Below are positions 36,061-45,835 of a stretch of 64,000 nt of DNA, in pieces; position 1 is the first letter of the stretch, and each line of letters starts with the position of its first letter. The notes beneath the pieces were generated by a model. The model had not been told where the DNA came from. It did no database searches and saw nothing but the letters and a program-made list of their open reading frames with translations. Source of the stretch: Planctomycetaceae bacterium UBA2972 (GTDB lineage: Bacteria; Planctomycetota; Planctomycetia; Pirellulales; Pirellulaceae); NCBI GenBank assembly GCA_002348315.1, contig DEAW01000136.1, positions 15,211-79,210 of the forward strand, given 5' to 3'. Position numbers and translations under genes: made by a program.

Positions 36061-38754
36061 ATGGGATTTCAGTCAACCTTCGCCGGTCCACATCAGATTT
36101 GCTTCTTCCTGGGCAAACTGCTCATTATCCCAGCGCTAATTTCTCTGGCATCGCTCGGATATGCTCAGCAGGAGTTGGAGTCACTGAGAAGTGATCCGGA
36201 ACAAATATTTGCATTTCAGATTCATCCGATTCTGGTGAAGAAGTGTCTCGCTTGTCATGGAGGAGATCCTGACGAGATAAAAGGCGAATTGGATCTGACA
36301 ACACGCGACGCGTTGCTGCGTGGAGGTGCCACCGGGGAGCCCGGGATCATCCCGGGAAGGCCTCCAGAGAGTTCCATCTATTTGGCTGCTTTACGAGATG
36401 ATGACAACTGGGCAGCGATGCCGCCGAAAGAAAGTGAAAGACTCACTGCAGTTGAATTGGAATTCCTGAAACAGTGGATTGTTAAAGAGGCACCATGGCC
36501 TGACGCAGAGCAATTAAAAAAGTTGCAAGCCGGTCGAGATCCCTGGGGGAGTGGACTGGAAGTGCGTGTGGCAACCTCGGGTGGGCTCAGCGAAGAATGG
36601 ACTAATCGCACCTACGAACCGAAGAATATCTGGGCTTACCAACCAGTCCTCGCTGTTGATCTGTCGAACGTCTCTGAACATCCGATTGATCACCTGATTA
36701 ATCAGCGGAATCCACAAGGACTTGTGGTGGCTCCTCAAGCGGATAAACGAACGTTAATCCGCCGGCTCAGTTATACCCTGACCGGACTCCCTCCGACTCC
36801 GGAAGCCGTGGAATCATTTCTGGCGGATACCTCAGCACAAGCTTATGAAAACTTAGTGGATCAGCTTTTGGATTCTCAGCGATATGGCGAACATTGGGGC
36901 AAACACTGGCTGGATGTTGTACGCTATGCAGACAGTAGCGGTTTTGCCAACGACTATCCGCGTCCCAATGCCTGGCGTTATCGGGATTACGTCATTCGAA
37001 GTTTCAATCAGGACAAGCCGTACGATCAGTTTATCCGGGAACAATTGGCCGCAGATGAACTGTTTGATGATTCCCCCGAAGCTATGTTAGGTCTGGGTTT
37101 CTTACGGATGGGGCCCTGGGAACATACAGGTATGTCGGTGGGTCGGATCACCAGACAGCAATACTTAGACGATGTCACTTCGTCGGTAGGACAGGTCTTT
37201 CTGGGACAGGCATTACAATGTGCACGCTGTCACGATCATAAATTTGACCCCGTGCCCACTCAGGATTACTACGCCATTCAATCAGTGTTTGCCACGACTC
37301 AAATGGCTGAATTACTTGTGCCCTTTCAGCCGGATGAAAACATTAGTCGATTCGAAGAAGAGAAAAAATATCTGGCTAAGCGAGAGGCAGCTATCGCCGA
37401 ATTACGCAAGACGGTGAATCACCCGCATAAAACAGCGAATGATTTTGGTCGGAGTCGGCTTAGCGGGAAGTGGGAAAATCTCTATCGTCGGGCACGTGAT
37501 CTCTATGAACCGTTTATGCTTGGCGTGTACAACGGACACACCCAGTTTTCGCGCAACTCTTATAACCGCTTTGACAAACCGGCAGACACAAAAAAAGGTG
37601 TGTTGGAATCAACGGCGATCCTTACAGGTGGCAATGTCTTTACTCCGGCTGCGCCTGTGAAACCCGGTGTGCTCAGTGTGACCTCTGTCGCTGCCAACAT
37701 ACCACAACAGTTGGAAGGTCGTCGAAGTGGCTTTGCCCAATGGGTGACGGATAAGGCGAATCCTCTTACGGCTCGAGTGATGGTGAATCGGGTTTGGACC
37801 TATCATTTTGGACAGGGGATTGCCGGGAACCCGAATAACTTTGGCTCGACAGGTGATAAACCGACGCATCCGGAATTACTAGACTGGCTGGCAGCTCAAT
37901 TTATGGACTCTGGTTGGTCGGTAAAAAGATTACATAAGCTCATCCTGACTTCTCAGACCTACCAACGCAGCAGTACTCATCCTGCCATAGATCAATTGGA
38001 CGAATTGGATAGTGAACGTACATCGTATGCAGTCTTTCAGGTGCGACGATTGACCTCCGAGGAATTAAGAGATTCCATGCTGCAGGTCAGCGGCGAGTTG
38101 GTGAATGAGATGGGAGGAATTCCAGCGCGACCGGATATGAATGTGGAAGCGGCACTACAGCCACGGCAGATCATGGGTTCTTTTGCACCCAGCTACGTCC
38201 CACACCCGATGCCGGAACAGCGTAATCGACGTTCCGTATACGTGTTGAAACTACGGGGATTACGCGATCCCTTTATGACGACATTTAATCAACCCTCGCC
38301 TGATGAGTCGTGTGAAATGCGAGATGCGTCCAATGTTACTCCTCAGGTCTTTGCTCTGTTTAACAGCGAGGAATCAGCGGATCGGGCATTGGCATTTGCT
38401 CATCGCGTTTTGACCGATAGTAGTTCTGATGCCGAAGCGATCGAAAAAGCATTTCTATTGGCAGTGGGTCGACGACCTGAACGGGACGAATTGAAGGCCG
38501 CCAGAACGCACTGGAAGGAATGCGTGACCGAACATCAGCAGTTCCACCCTGAACCGCGAGTGTACCCCACACAGGTTGTGCGTCGAGCCAATGAAGAGAA
38601 TACCGGAGAAGAGTTTACCTTTACGGAAACTCTGTTCGAATATCAGGACTATCAACACGACCTGCATGCACACGAAGTGGATGTGCGGACGCGAGCATTT
38701 GCCGAGTTCTGTTTGGTGCTATTGAATACCAACGAGTTTGTTTACATCTATTAA
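36061..38754 (+). CDS. PSCyt1 / DUF1549 (PSCyt2) / DUF1553 (PSD1) protein
   Basis: The N-terminal heme motif is CLACHGG with downstream AAMPP. It has YGEHWGKHWLDVVRYADSSGF, RYRDYVIRSFNQDKPYDQFIREQLAADE, QCARCHDHKFDPVP, NPLTARVMVNRVWTYHFGQGIAGNPNNFG, HPELLDWLA and LVLLNTNEFVYIY. ATG 36061 is preceded by GGAAAGAG. Starts at 35992 (GTG) or 36040 are possible. Confidence 0.9.
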   Translation: MGFQSTFAGPHQICFFLGKLLIIPALISLASLGYAQQELESLRSDPEQIFAFQIHPILVKKCLACHGGDPDEIKGELDLTTRDALLRGGATGEPGIIPGRPPESSIYLAALRDDDNWAAMPPKESERLTAVELEFLKQWIVKEAPWPDAEQLKKLQAGRDPWGSGLEVRVATSGGLSEEWTNRTYEPKNIWAYQPVLAVDLSNVSEHPIDHLINQRNPQGLVVAPQADKRTLIRRLSYTLTGLPPTPEAVESFLADTSAQAYENLVDQLLDSQRYGEHWGKHWLDVVRYADSSGFANDYPRPNAWRYRDYVIRSFNQDKPYDQFIREQLAADELFDDSPEAMLGLGFLRMGPWEHTGMSVGRITRQQYLDDVTSSVGQVFLGQALQCARCHDHKFDPVPTQDYYAIQSVFATTQMAELLVPFQPDENISRFEEEKKYLAKREAAIAELRKTVNHPHKTANDFGRSRLSGKWENLYRRARDLYEPFMLGVYNGHTQFSRNSYNRFDKPADTKKGVLESTAILTGGNVFTPAAPVKPGVLSVTSVAANIPQQLEGRRSGFAQWVTDKANPLTARVMVNRVWTYHFGQGIAGNPNNFGSTGDKPTHPELLDWLAAQFMDSGWSVKRLHKLILTSQTYQRSSTHPAIDQLDELDSERTSYAVFQVRRLTSEELRDSMLQVSGELVNEMGGIPARPDMNVEAALQPRQIMGSFAPSYVPHPMPEQRNRRSVYVLKLRGLRDPFMTTFNQPSPDESCEMRDASNVTPQVFALFNSEESADRALAFAHRVLTDSSSDAEAIEKAFLLAVGRRPERDELKAARTHWKECVTEHQQFHPEPRVYPTQVVRRANEENTGEEFTFTETLFEYQDYQHDLHAHEVDVRTRAFAEFCLVLLNTNEFVYIY

Positions 38755-38776
38755 ATACTGAGTCGAAACGAAGACC

Positions 38777-40162
38777 ATGGATCGTCGCGAATTCTTATAC
38801 GGCCTGAATGCAAGTCTGGGAAGTATTGCGCTGACCGCCATGCTCTCGGAGGAAACAACCGCTCAGGATGACGTTGTTAAAGTGGCACATTTTCCCAAAG
38901 CGAAAGCGAAGCATTGTATTTTCCTGTTTATGGAAGGCGGCCCTTCGCACATTGATACGTTCGACCCCAAACCCAAATTGAAGGAATTGCACGAAAAGGA
39001 ATTTCAACGCAGTGGGCAGGAGCAAAGTGCGATGGCCAGCGGAAAACGTTACTATGTCCAGACTCCGTTTGAGTTTAAGCAGGCAGGGGAATCCGGAGCG
39101 GATATCACTACCGCCTGGCCTGGTCTGGCGAAAGTCGTTGACGACATCTGTTTTTATCGTGGGTTACAGGTGACCTCGGTAAACCACCCGGCTGCCAACT
39201 ATCATGTGAATACGGGAAACCGCTTTGGCGGTGATCCGGCCATCGGTTCGTGGGTCAATCTGGGGCTGGGTTCAGAGAATCAGGATCTGCCGGGGTTTGT
39301 TGTATTACCCGAACTGTCCTTCCCGCAGGGTGGGCCGGCTAACTGGAATAATGGCTTTCTCCCCACAGATTATCAAGGCACGGCATTTCGGCCGGCAGGC
39401 TCGCCGCTGTTGGATATCCGCCCTCCACAGGGAGTGACTCGTCGGCAGCAACGACGCAATTTGGACCTGTTAGCGAAGCTGAATCAAAAACATGCTGCCA
39501 ATCATCCCCAGCATGAACAGCTTGCAGCTCGTATGAAAAATTATGAGTTAGCATTCCGCATGCAAACGCAAGTGCCGGATCTGGTGCAAATTGATGACGA
39601 GACACAGGACACTCAGGATCGTTATGGTATCGGTAATCCCAAGACGGACAATTTCGGTAGACGTTGTTTATTAGCACGAAAATTAGTTGAAAAAGGAGTC
39701 CGTTTCGTTCAGGTGTATGCCAGTAGCTGGGATAGTCATGATTACATTCTGCGAGCTCATGGTGCCATGATTGAACGGGTGGATCAGCCTATTGCCGCGC
39801 TCATTCAAGACTTAAAACAACGCGGCCTGCTCGATGAAACGCTGATCGTCTGGATGGGCGAGTTTGGTAGAACTCCGGATAATGGGATTCGCGGCGGTGG
39901 TGTGCGATATGGCCGGGATCATAACCCCAATGCGATGTCCGTCTGGATGGCAGGAGGTGGAGTGAAGGCAGGGCACACCATTGGTGCGACCGATGAAGTT
40001 GGAATGGAAGCAGTCGAGGTCGTTCATCCTCTGCGAGACCTCCACGTGACGATTCTTCGCTTGCTGGGGCTGGATGATAACAAACTGACCTACTTCCATG
40101 CAGGAAGATACAAACAGCTAAGTCAATTCGGCGGAAAAGTCATCGATCAGTTGATTGCTTAG
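38777..40162 (+). CDS. DUF1501 protein (Tat signal)
   Basis: It has DRREFLYGLNASLGSIALTAM, CIFLFMEGGPSHIDTFDPKPKL, WMGEFGRTP, GRDHN and VWMAGGGVKAG. It starts 22 nt after the upstream stop. Confidence 0.9.
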   Translation: MDRREFLYGLNASLGSIALTAMLSEETTAQDDVVKVAHFPKAKAKHCIFLFMEGGPSHIDTFDPKPKLKELHEKEFQRSGQEQSAMASGKRYYVQTPFEFKQAGESGADITTAWPGLAKVVDDICFYRGLQVTSVNHPAANYHVNTGNRFGGDPAIGSWVNLGLGSENQDLPGFVVLPELSFPQGGPANWNNGFLPTDYQGTAFRPAGSPLLDIRPPQGVTRRQQRRNLDLLAKLNQKHAANHPQHEQLAARMKNYELAFRMQTQVPDLVQIDDETQDTQDRYGIGNPKTDNFGRRCLLARKLVEKGVRFVQVYASSWDSHDYILRAHGAMIERVDQPIAALIQDLKQRGLLDETLIVWMGEFGRTPDNGIRGGGVRYGRDHNPNAMSVWMAGGGVKAGHTIGATDEVGMEAVEVVHPLRDLHVTILRLLGLDDNKLTYFHAGRYKQLSQFGGKVIDQLIA

Positions 40163-41592
40163 GCCAGAATGTCTTTGACAACCCTTGCTGCGGTGACCCG
40201 AGTGTCGGTCAGAGACTCGGAATGTCCCTGATGATGGTAGGTAAGTTTCTGATGGTCTAACCCAAGTTGATGCAGGATGGTGGCATGTAAATCATGAACG
40301 GTAACGATATTCTCAACACTACGATAACCTAACTCGTCAGTAGCGCCGTAACTGAGACCACCTTTGACACCTCCGCCAGCCAATAGCGTGGTACAGGCAT
40401 TACGATTGTGATCACGTCCGGAACCATTTTGAGAGATTGGCAAGCGGCCGAATTCTCCCGACCAGATGATCAAAGTACTATCGAGCAACCCTCGTTGTTT
40501 CAGATCTTTGATTAAGGCAGCGGTCGGCTGATCGGTAATCTTACAGATGGATTCATTTTGAGTTTTGACGTTTCCATGGGAATCCCAGGGTTGGCTGTTG
40601 GGGCTGGCCGGCGGAAAGATCTGAATAAATCGCACACCGGACTCAACTAACCGACGAGCCATCAGGCAACGAGTGCCGTAACGTGAAAGTTCGTCATCTC
40701 CCTGATCCACGCCATAGAGTTTCTTTGTATCCTCTGTCTCCTTGGAGAGATCCATAACTTCCGGTGCCGAAAGCTGCATTCGTGCTGCCAATTCATAATT
40801 CTGAATTCGCGCGTCGAGATCAGTCTCTTGAGGATAGCGAGTTTGAAACTTCTTATTGAGCTTGGCTAAGAGTTGTAGGTTTTGAGCCTCGACTCCATCA
40901 GGCCGCTGGTCGCTGGCTTTGAGATTGAGTACGGGAGTGCCCTGAGTTGCCACTTCCGTACCACCATAAATCGCAGGCATCCAGCCGTTCTGCCAAAGCA
41001 GTGTTCCGCTGGTGTTGTACCCTCGTTCATCCCGTAAAACGATATAAGCTGGTAGATTTTGATTGGCCGTCCCTAAGCCGTAACTGACCCAGGACCCAAG
41101 TGCCGGTCGGCCGGCGAACAACTTGCCGGTGTTAAACATCACCAACGCCTCGGTATGGTTGTTATGCCCGGACACCATCGATCGAATCTTACAGAATTCA
41201 TCTGCCACACTGGCCATGTGCGGTAACGGAGATGCAAAGTCCATCCCGCTCTCACCATATTGCTGAAACTCAAAAGGCATACCCAGTAGCTTGTTGGTTT
41301 CACTGCCGGGCTGAAATTGTTCGATGGCTCCGGTATGTTTCTGCCCGTTGCGTTTGTTAAGTTCGGGCTTGGGGTCAAACAGATCCATTTGACTCGGTCC
41401 ACCATTTTGCATCATCAAAATGACAGATTTCACTTGAGGTTTGAAGTGAGGGTCACGTTTCCGGAGGTCATGGTAATTCCCTTCAGCAGCTCGTAAATCA
41501 TGGTGCAACAATTCCGCTAAGGCGACACTACCAAAGCCCAGTGCCGAGCGTGTTAACATCTCTCGTCGCGATTGGAGTTGGAATGGTTTCAT
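40159..41592 (-). CDS. DUF1501 protein (Tat signal)
   Basis: It has SRREMLTRSALGFGSVALAELL, VILMMQNGGPSQMDLFDPKPEL, WSGEFGRLP, GRDHN and LLAGGGVKGG. Its stop (tta on + at 40159..40161) overlaps the TAG (40160..40162) of the convergent DUF1501 gene. Confidence 0.9.
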   Translation of the reverse strand: MKPFQLQSRREMLTRSALGFGSVALAELLHHDLRAAEGNYHDLRKRDPHFKPQVKSVILMMQNGGPSQMDLFDPKPELNKRNGQKHTGAIEQFQPGSETNKLLGMPFEFQQYGESGMDFASPLPHMASVADEFCKIRSMVSGHNNHTEALVMFNTGKLFAGRPALGSWVSYGLGTANQNLPAYIVLRDERGYNTSGTLLWQNGWMPAIYGGTEVATQGTPVLNLKASDQRPDGVEAQNLQLLAKLNKKFQTRYPQETDLDARIQNYELAARMQLSAPEVMDLSKETEDTKKLYGVDQGDDELSRYGTRCLMARRLVESGVRFIQIFPPASPNSQPWDSHGNVKTQNESICKITDQPTAALIKDLKQRGLLDSTLIIWSGEFGRLPISQNGSGRDHNRNACTTLLAGGGVKGGLSYGATDELGYRSVENIVTVHDLHATILHQLGLDHQKLTYHHQGHSESLTDTRVTAARVVKDILA

Positions 41593-41609
41593 AAGAGGGA
41601 AGGCCTGGC

Positions 41610-44600
41610 CTACTGGATGTAAATAAATTCGTTGGTGCTGAAGAGAACCTGACAGACTCTGGCAAACGCCAATTGATAAGCCTGTTGCATTTGTTGCTCA
41701 TCGTTTTGATAGGCAGTGAAGTGATGATGAAACACTGCAGTGCAAGCTTCTGATTCTTCTTCTGTGATGGGGCGGTTTAACGAGTGCTGAAATAACAGAT
41801 GTAGTTGTTTTGTCAGGTTGTCCGGAGCACTGGCTATAATCTTGCGAGCCAGAGCCTCGGCCTGATGACCCAGAAACCGACTATTGAGCATCCACAAGGA
41901 TTGGGAAACAGATGCCGAGGCATCACGTTGCTGACAAGCTTCAATTAACAGTGGCTGATCGAAAACCTGTAGAACGGTGGGATGATAATTCCTACGGTTG
42001 AGTAAATAGATACTGCGGCGCCAGGTTGTTTCCTCAGTGACTTTGTCGTAGCCCTCTTCCACGACCATTCCATCGGGAAGATTGACAATGTTATCAAAAC
42101 GCCCTCCCATCGTGGTGTCCAGACGGCCACTGACGAACAGGACAGAGTCGCGGATGGCCTCGGCTTCCATGCGACGAAGGTTTTGACGCCAGAGCAGATT
42201 GTTATTCGGATCCAGTTTCAAAGCGTTTTGCGTTTGTGGATTGTCGGCCACGGTGGAAACTTGCATATAAACCTGACTGGTCATGATTTGCTTTAGCAGT
42301 GGCTTTAGCTGGCCGTTGTGCTTTACGAAATCTGCGGCCAGATACTCAAGCAGCTCGGGATGAGTTGGCGTCATCCCGGATACGCCAAAATTAGCAGCGG
42401 TTTCAACCAGGCCTTTGCCAAATAGGTGTTGCCAGATCCGATTAACCCGGACTCGAGCAGCCAGTCCGCCAAGAGGACTCGACCAATCTGTAAGTTGCCG
42501 AGCAAATTGCAATCGCTGATGTTCGGCTGCGACCTCGACGTTGGGAGTGTTATCCGGTTGTTCGTCAGATTCCAAAACCGAAAAGATTCCCGCCTGTACT
42601 TCCGCTCCGGGCTTTTCGTGTTCCCCCCGACGCAGGACATAGGTCGGCCTGACGCTTCCAACGTCGTAAACGGCTTGTGCCCAGCTATCATCGAGTGTGG
42701 CGTTTATTTCATTGATTTGGTTGGTCAGCTCCGTGACTTTCAGTTGTTTCTCACGGGCTAGAGTTGGCATGACCTGTGCCTGATTAAAGACAAACGACTC
42801 ACCAAATTTGTCGGTTAAGTACTTCTGAATGGCGGACCGTTCGTCCTTGGACACACGCTGCGCTGCTAATACGTCGTCCCGCAGAACGGCGGGAATGGCA
42901 GCGAGGGTTTGTTTCTTTAGTATCTGACGACCAACTTCAATGATGGAATTGATTTCGGATTGGAAGGTGGAGCGTTGTTTTTCGAACGTCGCGATTTCTT
43001 CGGTTCCCAGCAAGCGGATTTGGCGTTGATCCGGCTGGAGCCAATCTTTCGGTTGCCAGGCCGGGCTGAAAATAGCTGTGAAGCGATAATAATCCCGCTG
43101 AGAAATAGGTTCGAATTTGTGATCGTGGCATTTGCAACACTGCATCGAGAGCCCGAGGATGTTTTGTGCAACGGATTCGGCAGTACGTTGTAACACGTGG
43201 TAGCGAATGCTGAGAATATTGAGTTCATTTTGGTCAGTATCATCGGGGGCACACCGTAGCATCGTCGTGGCAATCAGGTGATCCCGCATCGACTGATCAA
43301 ATGATTTTGCATCTCGCCAGGAAACCATTGCATCTCCGGCAAGTTGCTCCTGCAGAAACTGCCCGTAAGGTTTGTCGTTGTTAAAGGATTGAATTACATA
43401 ATCGCGATATCGCCATTTTCCTTTGGCCGGACGTACGATAGCCTGGTCGTTATCCATAGAATTGGTGTCACTGTAGCCTACGCCATCAAGCCAGTGACGC
43501 CCCCAGCATTCTCCAAAATGAGAACTCTTCATCAAATGATCGAGTAACCGGGAGTAGGCGTCAGGCCGGTCATCCATAAGAAACGATTGAACCGTTGTTT
43601 GCGATGGTGGAAGTCCGGTGAGATCCAAACTGGCTCGCCGGACAAGTATTTCCTTTGAAGCGGTGTTAGAAAATGTAAGTCCTTGTTTTTCCAAAGTAGC
43701 TTCCAGCAGTGAATCGATATTGGTACGAGAGCTGTGCCTTACCATCATAAGAGGGATACCGGGGGTCTGGAGTTGCTGGAAAGCCCAGTGATCACTTTGG
43801 GTTTCTCGTCGCAGAGTCGCCGCGTCGATCGCCTGGTTCGCTGTGGCGCCCGAATCTATCCAACGGCGCAATAATTCCAACTCGGCAGTGGTGAGCGGGT
43901 CGTCAGAATCGGCCGGCGGCATTTCACCGGAAGCGGTGATGTGAAAGAGAAAACTGCGTTGGGCATTACCCGGTTCCAGAATAGGACCGCTCGTCCCGCC
44001 GCGATAAAGTTCAATGAACTGATCCAACTGAAGACCTCCCCGGGCTTCGTCGCCACTGTGACAATCGACACATTTGTTGGTCAGTAAGGGCTGAATGTCT
44101 TTTTCAAATATAGGTTGTTCGGCAGCAGGTGCTGAATAGCTGGTTGTGTCGGCTAATCGTTTGGCGAGGTACTGACCAACCTGTTGTTGTTCCATTGCAT
44201 TTAGGACACGGTTGAAGATCATGACTTCATAGATTTGCCCCTGAAAGTAATGGGATGGATCCTGACTAAGTGAGTGTTGCCCTATCGTCAGTTGAGCTCC
44301 CCCGACAAAACCGAGAAATCCAACATCTCCCCGATACCTTCCATGTCCAACGGATTTGCCGTCTTCATACAAGGCCCAGCGTTGGTTCCCTGCAAAGACA
44401 GATTCCAGAACGTGGGGTTTGCTGTCCCAGGCCTTTTGGTTTGAGGTGGCTTCGGCGCCTGCCGCCACTCCCAGCCGCAGCCGACCTTTGCTGTCCGGAT
44501 CTAGTGAATAATCTTCATAGCCAATCCAAAACCCCTTCCGTTTATTGGTGTACTTGTCTTCTTTTTGGAATGACGCCAGATCGATGATTCGCGGACTGCC

Positions 44601-44951
44601 GGAATCCTGTAAGTCAGCTTGCATGAGCACAAACACCTGAAAGGTTTGCTCACCGGAAAGAAAACCATCAAGGCGAGTTAGCGTTAGTGATGATTTCTTG
44701 AAGTGAATCGCTGTATTACCGTCGAGCTGACTTACCAGCGGCCTTAGTTGGGGATCGTTCTGAGTTAAGTGGTTGCCGTGGTCACTTCGATCAAACCAGG
44801 TGATGACTCGGTTGTCTTCCGCTTCATGATGATCGGCATCGAGCCAAAGGACGAGTCCATCGGTAGAGAAGGGAGGATCTATCGGTAATTCATCTGCCGT
44901 CAAAACCGTGCTTAAGAAAAACAGGCTTAAGCATGACAGGAGTCGTGACAT
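41610..44951 (-). CDS. LamG-like / PSCyt1 / DUF1549 / DUF1553 protein
   Basis: ATG 44951 gives MSRLLSCLSLFFLSTVLTADE. N-terminal LamG-like block: GLVLWLDADHHE...VITWFDRSDHGNHL...QIYEVMIFNRVLNAMEQQQ. It has the heme motif CVDCHSG, then WGRHWLDGVGYSD, RYRDYVIQSFNNDKPYGQFLQEQLAGD, QCCKCHDHKFEPIS, RVRVNRIWQHLFGKGLVETAANFG, HPELLEYLA and VLFSTNEFIYIQ. Confidence 0.9.
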   Translation of the reverse strand: MSRLLSCLSLFFLSTVLTADELPIDPPFSTDGLVLWLDADHHEAEDNRVITWFDRSDHGNHLTQNDPQLRPLVSQLDGNTAIHFKKSSLTLTRLDGFLSGEQTFQVFVLMQADLQDSGSPRIIDLASFQKEDKYTNKRKGFWIGYEDYSLDPDSKGRLRLGVAAGAEATSNQKAWDSKPHVLESVFAGNQRWALYEDGKSVGHGRYRGDVGFLGFVGGAQLTIGQHSLSQDPSHYFQGQIYEVMIFNRVLNAMEQQQVGQYLAKRLADTTSYSAPAAEQPIFEKDIQPLLTNKCVDCHSGDEARGGLQLDQFIELYRGGTSGPILEPGNAQRSFLFHITASGEMPPADSDDPLTTAELELLRRWIDSGATANQAIDAATLRRETQSDHWAFQQLQTPGIPLMMVRHSSRTNIDSLLEATLEKQGLTFSNTASKEILVRRASLDLTGLPPSQTTVQSFLMDDRPDAYSRLLDHLMKSSHFGECWGRHWLDGVGYSDTNSMDNDQAIVRPAKGKWRYRDYVIQSFNNDKPYGQFLQEQLAGDAMVSWRDAKSFDQSMRDHLIATTMLRCAPDDTDQNELNILSIRYHVLQRTAESVAQNILGLSMQCCKCHDHKFEPISQRDYYRFTAIFSPAWQPKDWLQPDQRQIRLLGTEEIATFEKQRSTFQSEINSIIEVGRQILKKQTLAAIPAVLRDDVLAAQRVSKDERSAIQKYLTDKFGESFVFNQAQVMPTLAREKQLKVTELTNQINEINATLDDSWAQAVYDVGSVRPTYVLRRGEHEKPGAEVQAGIFSVLESDEQPDNTPNVEVAAEHQRLQFARQLTDWSSPLGGLAARVRVNRIWQHLFGKGLVETAANFGVSGMTPTHPELLEYLAADFVKHNGQLKPLLKQIMTSQVYMQVSTVADNPQTQNALKLDPNNNLLWRQNLRRMEAEAIRDSVLFVSGRLDTTMGGRFDNIVNLPDGMVVEEGYDKVTEETTWRRSIYLLNRRNYHPTVLQVFDQPLLIEACQQRDASASVSQSLWMLNSRFLGHQAEALARKIIASAPDNLTKQLHLLFQHSLNRPITEEESEACTAVFHHHFTAYQNDEQQMQQAYQLAFARVCQVLFSTNEFIYIQ

Positions 44952-45090
44952 GAGAAATCGTATCTCGAACAAACAAACAGGCGGGCGGCATCTGAATCGT
45001 TGTCCATTATACGACAAGACCATCGTCGGTTCGAGAAATATGTGTCAGCTTCGGGTTGGTGCCTGAAAGAGAGACGGATGAATTGCTCGA

Positions 45091-45768
45091 CTAAGGCCGA
45101 GGGTGAATGAGCAGCACATGATTTTCTAATTCGTTTTCATTACTGTCACCCGGCGGTATTTTCTCGGCGAGATGCTCAGCTAGCAACGTGACACCGACAG
45201 TCAACGCCTGAGCGATATCGTTCTCTTTGATCTCTTTCAAGACAGCATTACAGACGGTCTCAAGTATCTCCTGCTCCAGAGCAACATTGGCGAGTCGATC
45301 ACATAGAACGGAAGCTCGCCGTTCGGCCAGGCTGATGTAAAGCAGGACAGCACCAGCACTACGAGGGGATGCTAGTACAGCATCGGCTAACACGATTTGC
45401 GCTGAACGTTGGATTTCTTCATTTGTTTCCGAGGTGGAGATTACACATGCACGAAGTGACTTGAAGATACTTGTCAGGATGACTCCGGCCAGAAAACCAA
45501 AGATGACGAGGCTCATCTGAACTAACAGACTAAACTCAGGTTCAGCGCTCCACATTCCATCGTTGTCCAGAGATCGAGCGATGAAATGTCCACCTCCCAA
45601 ACCTACGACCGACCCGAGAATTCCAAAGATGGATTCGGCCCGATCATATCGGCCGGATTCGGTTGCCACGGCACAGACGATCTCAGTTGCGGTAGCCTTT
45701 TCGGCTTCACGAATACATTCTTCAACAGACTCGATCTGCTGCGTATTGAGTGCTTTGATTGCATTCAC
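45091..45768 (-). CDS. TPM-domain membrane protein (partner type usually found next to YgcG-like genes), GTG start inferred
   Basis: It has EKATATEIVCAVATESGRYDRAESIFG followed by hydrophobic segments. The track start at 45930 would overlap the upstream gene by 137 nt, and its first 54 aa are the antisense reading of that gene's Gly/Ser tail. The in-frame GTG at 45768 lies 25 nt after the upstream stop and is preceded by GAGAG. Confidence 0.65.
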   Translation of the reverse strand: MNAIKALNTQQIESVEECIREAEKATATEIVCAVATESGRYDRAESIFGILGSVVGLGGGHFIARSLDNDGMWSAEPEFSLLVQMSLVIFGFLAGVILTSIFKSLRACVISTSETNEEIQRSAQIVLADAVLASPRSAGAVLLYISLAERRASVLCDRLANVALEQEILETVCNAVLKEIKENDIAQALTVGVTLLAEHLAEKIPPGDSNENELENHVLLIHPRP

Positions 45769-45793
45769 TATAGAATCTCTCTTTCGTTTTGTG

Positions 45794-45835
45794 TTACCAA
45801 CTTCCCGTGGCTCCGCCACCGCCACTCGAACCACC
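45794..45835 (-). repeat. Conserved 42-nt 3' coding end shared by the two tandem YgcG-like genes (copy 1)
   Basis: TTACCAACTTCCCGTGGCTCCGCCACCGCCACTCGAACCACC matches copy 2 at 38 of 42 positions. Every mismatch falls on a third codon position of the minus-strand frame or in the stop codon. Confidence 0.8.

Noticed and set aside
36061-44951. Mirror-image PSCyt-DUF1501 modules as a recent inverted duplication
   Set aside because: The two DUF1501 proteins share only conserved family motifs by eye, very roughly 40% identity. The large proteins have different architectures, since one carries an N-terminal LamG-like block. These are old paralogues, not a recent inversion-duplication.
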